A DNA stretch of 64,000 nt from an uncultured Candidatus Peribacteria bacterium (lineage in GTDB: Bacteria > Patescibacteriota > Gracilibacteria > Peribacterales > Peribacteraceae): contig CAYTEH010000002.1 of NCBI GenBank assembly GCA_964436765.1, positions 9,238-73,237 on the forward strand. Direction: 5' to 3'. This document shows, piece after piece, positions 17,981-25,557 of the stretch (position 1 is the stretch's first letter; the number at the start of each line of letters is the position of its first letter). Under the pieces are notes generated by a model. That model searched no databases. It was not told the DNA's origin and saw nothing but the letters and a program-made list of their open reading frames with translations. A program made the translations under genes and the position numbers.

Positions 17981-18008
17981 AAGATCAAAGTTTTCGTTCT
18001 TTGATCTT
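17981..18008. terminator. Hairpin between convergent genes (family C low-GC terminator-like element)
   Basis: aagatcaaag-ttttcgtt-ctttgatctt, a 10-bp perfect stem flanked by A/T runs on both sides. Confidence 0.55.
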
Positions 18009-18020
18009 TGATCTTGAAAT

Positions 18021-18152
18021 TTAGAACAAGATTGAGGCCGTGAGCTGGGGCATCGCCATGCCGGCGCTGAGGGCCGGGATGAGCAGGGCCATGAAGACGC
18101 CAAACAGGCTTTCTGCTGTCGTGAGCGTCCTCTGCAGGGAAACGGAGGCCAT
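18021..18152 (-). CDS. Possible small hydrophobic peptide (43 aa: MASVSLQRTLTTAESLFGVFMALLIPALSAGMAMPQLTASILF)
   Basis: Strong third-position GC bias. An AT-rich stretch (18160-18230) lies upstream on the same strand, and the gene ends at the bidirectional hairpin. One predicted TM helix. Confidence 0.4.
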   Translation of the reverse strand: MASVSLQRTLTTAESLFGVFMALLIPALSAGMAMPQLTASILF

Positions 18153-18280
18153 AACGGAGGAGGAAATTGGTATTAATAGTATTTTAACATATTTATGTAA
18201 TATTTGCAAATTACGATTCAGTCCGTACAGACGCTTTTTCCTGCTTCGATGATTTGAGCCCGGTGCAGCATCACCGCCAC

Positions 18281-18323
18281 CCCTCGATACGCCCTTCGAC
18301 GAGCTCAGGGCTACTCGGGATGG
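18281..18323. repeat. Family B repeat unit (variant)
   Basis: ccctcgatacg-cccttcgacgagctcagggcta-ctcgggatgg shares both terminal blocks with the units at 19868 and 30300. Confidence 0.55.
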
Positions 18324-18337
18324 CTTATGCAAGCACT

Positions 18338-19033
18338 TTATATAGATCCGCAGATATTTGCTCCTGCTTGTACTAATTGTGCTCTGTGAAGCATCACCGC
18401 CATTTCGCCGCGCGTGAGCCCGTCGTCGGGACGGATGCGCAGTGTTTCTTTATTGCCGTTCAGGATGCAGCGTTCTGCGGCGGCGTACACCACGTAGGCG
18501 AACCAGTCGGTGTCGCTGACGTCGATGTACGGGCGTTCCAGGGTTTTGCGCTCCCAGCCGAAGATGCGCGCGAGGAGCGCGGCAGCCTGCGCGCGCGTGA
18601 TGGGTGATTCGGGATGGACGCGGCACGGACGGGAGCCTCCTGCGGCGAGCGGAGTTGAACCGTAGCACTCGCGATCGCCGCGGACCCAGCCTTCTTTTGC
18701 CGACTCCTCGATGATCCCGTAGTACCATGCATCTTTTTTCACGTCATCGAAGCTGGGGAGCATCGGCGGCGTGCCTGGTTTGATGCCTGCAATCAACATC
18801 ACAAGCTTGAGGAACTCGGCACGCTGTGCGGGTGCCGCCGGGAAATATTTCTGTTTGGACGCATCCAGAAAGCCATCGTGCCGAAGTGCGAGGACGCTTT
18901 CTTCGAACCAGGAGCCGGCGGGCACATCCTGATAGGTTGCCGGTTTCACCGATGCGCTGGATGAGGCTGACGCGGCCAGTACGGGCGTCGAGGTCAAAAA
19001 GAGTGAAAAGGCGAGGATCAGGGGGCGTTTCAT
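18338..19033 (-). CDS. Secreted protein with three SLH (S-layer homology) domains
   Basis: Signal peptide MKRPLILAFSLFLTSTPVLAA. Three copies of the pattern [YF].DV....W......... ...tR.e.a.l (YQDVPAGSWF, FDDVKKDAWYY, YIDVSDTDWFAY). Confidence 0.85.
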   Translation of the reverse strand: MKRPLILAFSLFLTSTPVLAASASSSASVKPATYQDVPAGSWFEESVLALRHDGFLDASKQKYFPAAPAQRAEFLKLVMLIAGIKPGTPPMLPSFDDVKKDAWYYGIIEESAKEGWVRGDRECYGSTPLAAGGSRPCRVHPESPITRAQAAALLARIFGWERKTLERPYIDVSDTDWFAYVVYAAAERCILNGNKETLRIRPDDGLTRGEMAVMLHRAQLVQAGANICGSI

Positions 19034-19059
19034 GGCGGCGACTAGCGTATCATAGGGCC

Positions 19060-19866
19060 GTGCAATTCCCGTCCTTCTCCAAAAACGGTCAGGTGCTGCC
19101 GTTTGACCAGGCTGTGATTCCCTTCACGAACGTGGAGTATGCGTACGGGTTCGGTGCGTACGAGAACATCCGCGTGGCGCACGGAACATGTTTGTTTCTG
19201 GACGATCACGTGGAGAGATTGCTCAACTCGGCAACTATTATCAGTCTCGGCCATCCGTTCGACGCGACCTTGATCGCCCGGTGGACGCAGGAACTCGTCA
19301 GAGAACTCCCCGACGGCGTCTTCAATCTCAAGGTACTGCTGATCGGGGCGCGTGAGCCCGAACAGTGCCAGCTGATCATCCTGCCGCTCTCACCGTTGTT
19401 CCCCGAAAAGCGCGTCTACACCCAGGGCGCCGTCACCATCACGTTCGCGTATGAACGCCTCTTCCCGCAGGCCAAAATCCTCAACATGTTCCCCAGCTAC
19501 TACGCGTTCAAGAAAGCGAAAGAGGCAGGCGCGTACGATGCGCTTTTGATCAACCGTCGCGGATGCATTACTGAGGGGACGCGCACGAACTTCTTCGCCA
19601 TCAAGGGAAAAACCATCCACTCGCCGCCGGCCGAAGAAGTACTGGAAGGCGTGACGCGGAAGCACGTCCTCGAGGTCGCGGCGAAGCACGGGTATCCGAT
19701 CGAGCATCATGATCTGCCGCTCGCGTCGATCGGGGACTATGACGGCGCCTTCCTCACGAGTACGGGAGTGAAGATCGTGCCCATCAAGAATATCGATGGG
19801 ATGGAGTTTGGGATCCCGGAAGAGTTGAGGGGGTTGATGAGGCAGTTTGATGAGTTTGTGAAATAG
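19060..19866 (+). CDS. Class IV (branched-chain / D-amino-acid) aminotransferase family protein
   Basis: KNGQVLPFDQAVIPFTNVEYAYGFGAYENIRV..., ...EGTRTNFFAIKGKTIHSPP....LEGVTRKHVL motifs. GTG 19060 was chosen because the upstream part of ORF 18826.. overlaps the SLH gene. Confidence 0.8.
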   Translation: MQFPSFSKNGQVLPFDQAVIPFTNVEYAYGFGAYENIRVAHGTCLFLDDHVERLLNSATIISLGHPFDATLIARWTQELVRELPDGVFNLKVLLIGAREPEQCQLIILPLSPLFPEKRVYTQGAVTITFAYERLFPQAKILNMFPSYYAFKKAKEAGAYDALLINRRGCITEGTRTNFFAIKGKTIHSPPAEEVLEGVTRKHVLEVAAKHGYPIEHHDLPLASIGDYDGAFLTSTGVKIVPIKNIDGMEFGIPEELRGLMRQFDEFVK

Positions 19867-19867
19867 T

Positions 19868-20072
19868 CCCTCGTACGAAAATGGCTCCGCCATTTTCTAC
19901 TCGGGATGACAGGGATTTTTTATCAGCAAGCCTCGATACGCTCGTGCTTCGCACGACCTACTCGGCTGCGCCGAGTGGAACCCTGCGGAGCGGGGTTCGT
20001 ATCGAGGCGCTCTTTCACGTAAACGCTTTGTCATCCCGAGTAGCTCGTTGCGGAGTAACGAGCGTACGAGGG
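19868..20072. repeat. 205-bp nested imperfect palindrome built from two inverted family B units plus a central hairpin (MITE/REP-like)
   Basis: Inverted pairs are ccctcgtacg (19868)/cgtacgaggg (20063), ctactcgggatgaca (19897)/tgtcatcccgagtag (20029) and cctcgatacg (19931)/cgtatcgagg (19998). The central hairpin is ctcggc-tgc-gccgag. All pairs share one symmetry centre near 19969. Confidence 0.75.
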
Positions 20073-20139
20073 ATGTACAAAAAACGGGGACCATTCGGCC
20101 CCCGTTTCCATTCTTTCATGTGAGAGATTCCTCGCTCGG

Positions 20140-20162
20140 TCTCTCCCCCGAAGGGGGAGAGA
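20140..20162. repeat. Family A hairpin (tctctccccc-gaa-gggggagaga)
   Basis: 10-bp perfect stem read directly, downstream of the DsbA-like gene's stop. Confidence 0.7.
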
Positions 20163-20174
20163 AGTAGAGGCAAT

Positions 20175-20942
20175 CTATTTCTTCAGAATCGCGTCGATCG
20201 CGCTGTCGAAGCTGGCCTGGGGCACTGCGCCCGAGATCATCTGCGAGGTCTTCGTGTCGTTATTGATGATGAAGCTGCCCGGGGTGCCGTTGACGCCCGC
20301 GGCGGAGCCCGCGTTCATCTGGTCCTGGACTTTCTTGGCGTGCTTGCCGCTGCTGACGCAAGCGGTGAACTTGGCTTCATCCACGCCTGCAGCCTTGGCG
20401 AGAGGAGCGAGGTTGGCAAGGTCAGCTGCCTCGTAAACGGCATCGGTGAACTTCCAGAAAGCGTCGTTGCCACCCAGCTCAGCCACGCACTCGGACGATT
20501 CGGCCGCTTTCTGCGCGTTCGGGTGGAAACTCAGTGGGAAGTGGCGGTACACCCAGTTTACGTCATTGCCGTACTTGGCCATCACCGCTTTCATCGTCGG
20601 GTGGTGACGCTTGCAGAACGGACACTCGAAATCGGAGTACTCGACGATGGTCACTTTTGCGTTGGCGTTGCCGCGTACGTGGTCATCCTTGCTTACCGGC
20701 GGGACGGGACCGGACGGGGCTTCGGGGGTGGGAGCCGATGGCGTGGGCGTGGGAGCCTGCACGATCTGGGTACCGCCGCCACCGCCGGGGCTCATGCGGC
20801 CCAGGCTGTAGCCCGCGGCCATGCCTACGACGCCCAACGAGAGTGCGAGGCCGCCGACGAGGCCCCAGAGGAATCCCGTCGTGACGGGGGAGGAAGAGGA
20901 GGGGTGGGAGGAGGCGTGCTCTTCCCAGCGCATTGCTGACAT
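20175..20942 (-). CDS. Membrane-anchored DsbA-like thiol:disulfide oxidoreductase
   Basis: N-terminal TM helix, Pro/Thr/Ala-rich linker (APTPTPSAPTPEAPSGPVPP), thioredoxin-fold active site EYSDFECPFCKRHHP and a GVNGTPGSFI cis-Pro loop. Confidence 0.85.
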   Translation of the reverse strand: MSAMRWEEHASSHPSSSSPVTTGFLWGLVGGLALSLGVVGMAAGYSLGRMSPGGGGGTQIVQAPTPTPSAPTPEAPSGPVPPVSKDDHVRGNANAKVTIVEYSDFECPFCKRHHPTMKAVMAKYGNDVNWVYRHFPLSFHPNAQKAAESSECVAELGGNDAFWKFTDAVYEAADLANLAPLAKAAGVDEAKFTACVSSGKHAKKVQDQMNAGSAAGVNGTPGSFIINNDTKTSQMISGAVPQASFDSAIDAILKK

Positions 20943-20987
20943 AACGGGAGAAAGAAAGAAGATAAAAAGATTGGAGATTCAAACAGG

Positions 20988-22346
20988 TCAGATGACGGTG
21001 AAGGATCCGCGCACCATGCCCATGGAACAACTGAAACCGAGCTGTCCCGGGCGGGGCGGGGTGAATTGTACCACGTTCATACCCCTGTGCATGGGCTGTG
21101 AAATATTCAGGCTGGGAATCACAAGAACGCTCGTGCAGCCCTCGGCCGCGTCGCCGTTGACGAGCCAGCGGACGGGAATTCCCGCGCGTACCGTGAGACG
21201 GCTGGGCTCATAGTAGCCGGGGCCGATGGTCATATTCACTTCCTGCACGCCGTTATGCACCGGGGGCGCACCGGCCAAGACGGAGTTGTCGAAGACGGTC
21301 AAATCCACTCCCGAGAGGGTGAGGCCGCTCTGGATATTCCACAGGGCCAGCAGGAAGACGAGGGTTCCCGAAAAGCGGAGAAAGAGCCGTGACCACGAGC
21401 CGCGGGCCGTGGAAGAAATGGCGCTGAGGCCGATGAGGGACGGCAGTGTGCCGAGCGCGAAGAACGTCATGATGAGCGCGCCGTTGAGAAAGCTGTGCGA
21501 CGCGAGCGCGGCGAACTGGAGGGTCTGCGTGAATCCGCAGGGCAGGAAGAACGTCAGGGCGCCGAGCGCCATGGGCGCGAGGGGATGGCGGCTGCGCGTG
21601 AGCCGGGCGATGGATTTTTGCAGGCGTTTCGGCGGCCGTATGGGGCAGCTTCCTTTGGGAATGATCTCGAGGATGACGAGGGCCATGTAGAGCATGACGA
21701 TCGCGATGGCGATGCTCATATAGCCTGCCATGCGGGGTGTGAGCGTAATCGCCTGCCCCAGCAGTCCCGTGAGTCCTCCGAAGACGAAGTAACCCGCGAT
21801 GCGGCCGGTGTTGAAGTGCAGGAGCGGCTTGGCCCGTTCCCAGGCTGTTTCCGATCCGTGCGTCTCGTTGTATGTGGCGGCCATTGCGAGGAGCAGCCCC
21901 CCGGTGACGGCAAGACAGCTGCTCGTGCCGGCGACAAGTCCGATGAGGAAGACTCCCCCAAGAGACGCCGCTTCCGTTGTGGACGTGGCGAAAGACACAA
22001 GGTTGAGCGTCGAGAGCACAGTGTATCCCGCGAAAATGAGCACGAGCATGGCGCCGATCTCCAGCCATTTGCGGCCGCGCGCTCCGATGGTGGATATCGT
22101 CGGGATGGAGCCATCCATGATGGAATAGCCCGCTTCGGTAACCGTAGCGGTAATGAGCGCCTCGTCCGGGATCTTCCTGGCATCGGCCGTGAGCTTCGCT
22201 TCGCCCGTGCGCCAGTTGATGGTGGCGTCCAGTACGCCCGGCACTTCCATCAGCCGCTCTTCCAGGAGGAGCTCGCACGACCGGCAGGTCATGCCGCCGA
22301 TGCGGATGTGCAGATAGCGTTTGCCGGTGGAATGGGAAGTCGACAT
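20988..22346 (-). CDS. Fusion protein: HMA metal-binding domain, DsbD_2/TauE-like multi-TM domain and C-terminal cupredoxin-like domain
   Basis: IGGMTCRSCELLLEERL is the GMTCxxC HMA motif. About 6 TM helices include FFLPCGFTQTL. The C-terminus (RLTVRAGIPVRWLV...GCTSVL...FSCSMGM) has a Cys/Met-rich beta-sandwich look. Confidence 0.8.
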   Translation of the reverse strand: MSTSHSTGKRYLHIRIGGMTCRSCELLLEERLMEVPGVLDATINWRTGEAKLTADARKIPDEALITATVTEAGYSIMDGSIPTISTIGARGRKWLEIGAMLVLIFAGYTVLSTLNLVSFATSTTEAASLGGVFLIGLVAGTSSCLAVTGGLLLAMAATYNETHGSETAWERAKPLLHFNTGRIAGYFVFGGLTGLLGQAITLTPRMAGYMSIAIAIVMLYMALVILEIIPKGSCPIRPPKRLQKSIARLTRSRHPLAPMALGALTFFLPCGFTQTLQFAALASHSFLNGALIMTFFALGTLPSLIGLSAISSTARGSWSRLFLRFSGTLVFLLALWNIQSGLTLSGVDLTVFDNSVLAGAPPVHNGVQEVNMTIGPGYYEPSRLTVRAGIPVRWLVNGDAAEGCTSVLVIPSLNISQPMHRGMNVVQFTPPRPGQLGFSCSMGMVRGSFTVI

Positions 22347-22427
22347 ATGGGTAAGTGAAAAGTGGAAAGTGAAAAGAGAAAAGTTTCCTGCAAAAAACAG
22401 GACGACTTCATCTCTCGCGATCCATAT

Positions 22428-22835
22428 TCATTCCCGGATGACGACAGCATCGATGCCCTGCGGTCTGGGCGGGGATTCGTTGGCGACGATGTCCGTATTG
22501 CAATCGGCGGGGATCCGGGAGATCTCGACGATGGGTGAGGGCAGGGTCGCAGGCTCCGTCGCCGTGGGCGCGTGCGATGCCGTCACAAGCGGCTCCGGCG
22601 TGCGCATCTTCAGGCAATGCCCGTCGGCGCAGCCGCCCTGCATGGATTCCTGCTGCCCGCTCGCGAAGCTCATCAGCTGCACCGAGACGCACACGACTCC
22701 TTCCTTGGGCGTCATCGCGACGATGTCCACGTTGGTACCCGCCGTTTCCTGCGCCATGGCGGCCACGGGGGCGAAGCACAGCCCGCCGACGCTCACGTGC
22801 AGGGAAAATGCGGCGAGGAGCAGGAAGCGCTTCAT
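22428..22835 (-). CDS. Secreted hypothetical protein (135 aa), Cys/Met/His-containing
   Basis: Signal peptide MKRFLLLAAFSLHVS..A.A, then CADGHC and several Met. It is the first gene of the co-directional HMA/DsbA operon. Confidence 0.6.
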   Translation of the reverse strand: MKRFLLLAAFSLHVSVGGLCFAPVAAMAQETAGTNVDIVAMTPKEGVVCVSVQLMSFASGQQESMQGGCADGHCLKMRTPEPLVTASHAPTATEPATLPSPIVEISRIPADCNTDIVANESPPRPQGIDAVVIRE

Positions 22836-22843
22836 CTGGATGT

Positions 22844-22872
22844 ATTATAGGTTTTTGGCAGCTGGAAGTCCA
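22844..22872 (-). promoter_or_regulatory. Putative promoter TGGACT-17nt-TATAAT, implying a leaderless or near-leaderless mRNA
   Basis: Hexamers were counted on the minus strand. The -10 element ends 8 nt upstream of ATG 22835. Confidence 0.35.
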
Positions 22873-22935
22873 CGGCGATACGCGTGGCGCAGCCCTTGCC
22901 AAAGTGATCTTTTCGAATCACAATAGGGCGCTTTC

Positions 22936-23017
22936 AGTTATAAGCCGCTGTAGCTCAGTGCCCAGCCCCGCGGAGCGGGGCGTGGTAGAAAAGCTACAGC
23001 TCGATCCATTTATAACT
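22936..23017 (+). pseudogene. tRNA-Thr 5'-fragment copy embedded in an extended hairpin
   Basis: gccgctgtagctcagtg (22944-22960) is identical to tRNA-Thr nt 1-17. A GC hairpin (ccccgc-gga-gcgggg) follows, then gtaga. gctgtagct pairs with agctacagc, and agttataa pairs with ttataact. Confidence 0.4.
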
Positions 23018-23037
23018 CTGTACGACAAGTCATTCGG

Positions 23038-23112
23038 GCCGCTGTAGCTCAGTGGTAGAGCAACGGTATCGTAAACCGTGGGTCACCAGTTCAATCCTGG
23101 TCAGCGGCTCCA
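23038..23112 (+). tRNA. tRNA-Thr (anticodon CGU), CCA encoded
   Basis: Manual cloverleaf. Acceptor GCCGCTG/CAGCGGC; D arm GCTC-AGTGGTA-GAGC; anticodon arm ACGGT-ATCGTAA-ACCGT; T arm ACCAG-TTCAATC-CTGGT; then T-CCA. Confidence 0.9.
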
Positions 23113-23118
23113 CTCCCT

Positions 23119-23343
23119 ATGAGATCGACCTTACTTACACGTATTGAAGACGGGGCAACTACCGAACTGGATAGGCGTTTTATGGAGGAGAAACAGCACC
23201 TTCGAGATACAGTAGGTATCGTTTCCGTTATTGATGAAGCACTCAAAAATGTGCGTGACCCGTCTCCGGAACTCGTTGATGCATTACGGACTTTGAATCG
23301 TGGAATAGCAGAGGTACGTGAACGACTGGAGATTCTTTCCTAA
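23119..23343 (+). CDS. hypothetical small protein (74 aa), low GC
   Basis: ORF starts 7 nt after the tRNA. Its GC content is visibly lower than the flanks. No motif recognised. Confidence 0.35.
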   Translation: MRSTLLTRIEDGATTELDRRFMEEKQHLRDTVGIVSVIDEALKNVRDPSPELVDALRTLNRGIAEVRERLEILS

Positions 23344-23467
23344 GTCATCTGTTCTATCGGCAGTCAGAACGTCCGAGAGCGCAGAAAGAAGCCACAAAGT
23401 CGCATATCGAGTTTTTTTCACAACCGGGCATCATCGACACGTTTTTTTGGCTGGATAGTATGGCAGT

Positions 23468-24547
23468 ATGGAACACTCCGCCCTCCTCTGGTCCTCCCTC
23501 AATATCCTCACCAAAGACCGTTACGACGCCATTCTGCAGGTGTTCGGATCGCTCGACGAGGCGGAGGACCACATCAGCGAAGAATTCCTGAAGGGCCTCG
23601 GATGCCGTAGCGAGACGGTCCTGCGCGTGTTAACCCAGGTCGAGGAATTCGACCGAGCCCTTGTGGAAGGCGAAATCGAGAAGAAGGGTGTCAGGTTCAT
23701 GATGATCGGAGACCCGGCCTATCCCATCCGATTGCAGGAGATTCCTGACCCGCCGGTCTTCCTCTATGCGCGCGGGGACCTCTCGATCCTCGATCAGCCC
23801 ACCGTCGGGCTCGTCGGTACGCGGGCGATGAGCCGGTACGGGAGGCGCATCGTGCACGATTTTGTGCCCGACTTCGTGCGCGCCGGGATGGTGACCGTGA
23901 GCGGGCTTGCCCTCGGCATCGACGCCGAAGTCGCGGAGCAGACGATCAAGGCCCGCGGGAACACGGTCGCGGTGCTCGGGCACGGGCTCTCGCGCATCTA
24001 CCCGCAGGGGAACCGGACGCTCGGAGAAGAAATCGTCGCGGGCGGAGGATTGCTGCTCTCCGAATTCCCGATGTTCCAGGAGCCCGAGCGTTACATGTTC
24101 CCGTCCCGCAACCGCATCATCGCCGGGCTCTCGCTTGCGACCGTGGTACTCGAAGCGCCCGAAGGAAGCGGAGCGCTGATCACCGCCGATCTCGCGCTCG
24201 ATTACAACCGCGATGTCTTCATCGTGCCCGGTCCGATCTTCGATGCGAACTACCGGGGGTCGAACGCGTTTATCGCGAAGGGCCAGGGGAAACTGGTCCA
24301 ATCCGCGACGGAGGTGATGGAGGAAATGGGCGTGATCGTCCGGGATGCGCCGCGAGAGTCCTCGTATGAGCCGCGTACTGCGGATGAGACGGCACTCTGG
24401 ACTGCGCTCACTCCCATGTCCCAGTCCGTCGACGATCTCGCCGAGAAGTCGGGGCTGAATCATGCGGTGCTGGCGGCGACGCTCACCATGATGGAATTGC
24501 AGGGGGCGGCGGAGCAGGCGGGAGGGGGAATGTGGATTCGGCGCTAA
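23468..24547 (+). CDS. dprA: DNA processing protein DprA (Smf)
   Basis: VGLVGTRAMSRYG...VSGLALGIDAEVAE....G.TVAVLG.GL..IYP..N..L...I...GLLLSEFP....P....FP.RNRIIAGLS..TVV.EA...SGALITA is the Rossmann-like DprA core. Confidence 0.9.
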   Translation: MEHSALLWSSLNILTKDRYDAILQVFGSLDEAEDHISEEFLKGLGCRSETVLRVLTQVEEFDRALVEGEIEKKGVRFMMIGDPAYPIRLQEIPDPPVFLYARGDLSILDQPTVGLVGTRAMSRYGRRIVHDFVPDFVRAGMVTVSGLALGIDAEVAEQTIKARGNTVAVLGHGLSRIYPQGNRTLGEEIVAGGGLLLSEFPMFQEPERYMFPSRNRIIAGLSLATVVLEAPEGSGALITADLALDYNRDVFIVPGPIFDANYRGSNAFIAKGQGKLVQSATEVMEEMGVIVRDAPRESSYEPRTADETALWTALTPMSQSVDDLAEKSGLNHAVLAATLTMMELQGAAEQAGGGMWIRR

Positions 24548-24654
24548 AGAACGAAGATTGAAGAACAAAGACTGAAAGCAGATTTCAGGCATAAATCTTG
24601 TATCTTCAGGCTTTCGGGACGGGTACAATTTGCCCCAATTTCTTCACTCCCCCC

Positions 24655-25545
24655 ATGGCTACGATTCCCTCCGCAGGCGCTCTGCCTTTCTCCGCACTCT
24701 TCAGCCGCAGTTTCGTCTTTCTGAAGGCGCACATGCGTACCATCCTGTGGTTTGCGGTCCTCCTTGCCGTCATGACGGCGGTCGCGCAGCTCCTGTCGCT
24801 GGCCATGCCGCAGAAATCGGTGATGGCGCCCGGCCTCACGACGGTGAAGACGGAACTGGACTGGGCACAGGTGCCTCTCGGCCTCAAGGTCTCCTTCATC
24901 CTGCTGCAGTTCGTCACGGCCGTAGCGGGTTTCATGGTGCATGTCGCCCTGTGGGATCTTGCAGTGGGCGGACGCGGCGACGCGGGAGGACTCCTCCGGC
25001 GTTCGGTGAAACTGCTGCCGCCGTTCCTCGGATTGTATGCCTGGATGTTCTGGCGTTCGTATGCGTGGCTGATGGCCGTGGGTCTCGTGAGCGCGTTCCT
25101 GTCCATGCTTTTTGAGAACGCCGCACTGAACATGGCGCTGATGATTCTCGGCGCTTCGCTCTTCGCCGCCGGCGTCGTGTGCTCCATTCTCTACTCGCCC
25201 CGCTTCGCTGCCGCCCAGCTCCTCTACCTGCGGGACGGAATGCGCCCGGCACAGGCTGCCGACGAGAGCTTCCGCCGCACAAAGGGGTACTGGGGCAAGG
25301 TGGTCGGTAACTTGTTTTTGGCTACTGTCTGCATGATTCCGCTTACCATCGTCGCAAGTATCCTGAGCGCGGTCATCGCATCGCTGTCCGTGAGCGGACT
25401 CGAGTCGTCACAGGCGGCGGTGGCCGCCACGCTCCTCACCGTGACGATAGTGAATGTGGTGATCCAGGGCGTCGTGAGCGCGTTCATGGTCTTCTTCGGC
25501 AAGGAACTGGCCGCGACCATCCTGGAACACCCGCGCGCGGCCTGA
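24655..25545 (+). CDS. Multi-TM membrane protein, orphan family (paralog 1)
   Basis: About 6 TM helices. Conserved block FRRTKGYWGKVVGNLFL is shared with 25558..26499 and 52970..53899. ATG 24655 was chosen inside ORF 24598.. Confidence 0.7.
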   Translation: MATIPSAGALPFSALFSRSFVFLKAHMRTILWFAVLLAVMTAVAQLLSLAMPQKSVMAPGLTTVKTELDWAQVPLGLKVSFILLQFVTAVAGFMVHVALWDLAVGGRGDAGGLLRRSVKLLPPFLGLYAWMFWRSYAWLMAVGLVSAFLSMLFENAALNMALMILGASLFAAGVVCSILYSPRFAAAQLLYLRDGMRPAQAADESFRRTKGYWGKVVGNLFLATVCMIPLTIVASILSAVIASLSVSGLESSQAAVAATLLTVTIVNVVIQGVVSAFMVFFGKELAATILEHPRAA

Positions 25546-25557
25546 CCGCAGGTACCT

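Noticed and set aside
18826-19059. Upstream 78 codons of the aminotransferase ORF
   Set aside because: They overlap the SLH gene on the other strand and are R/S/P-rich. Aminotransferase-like sequence starts near GTG 19060.
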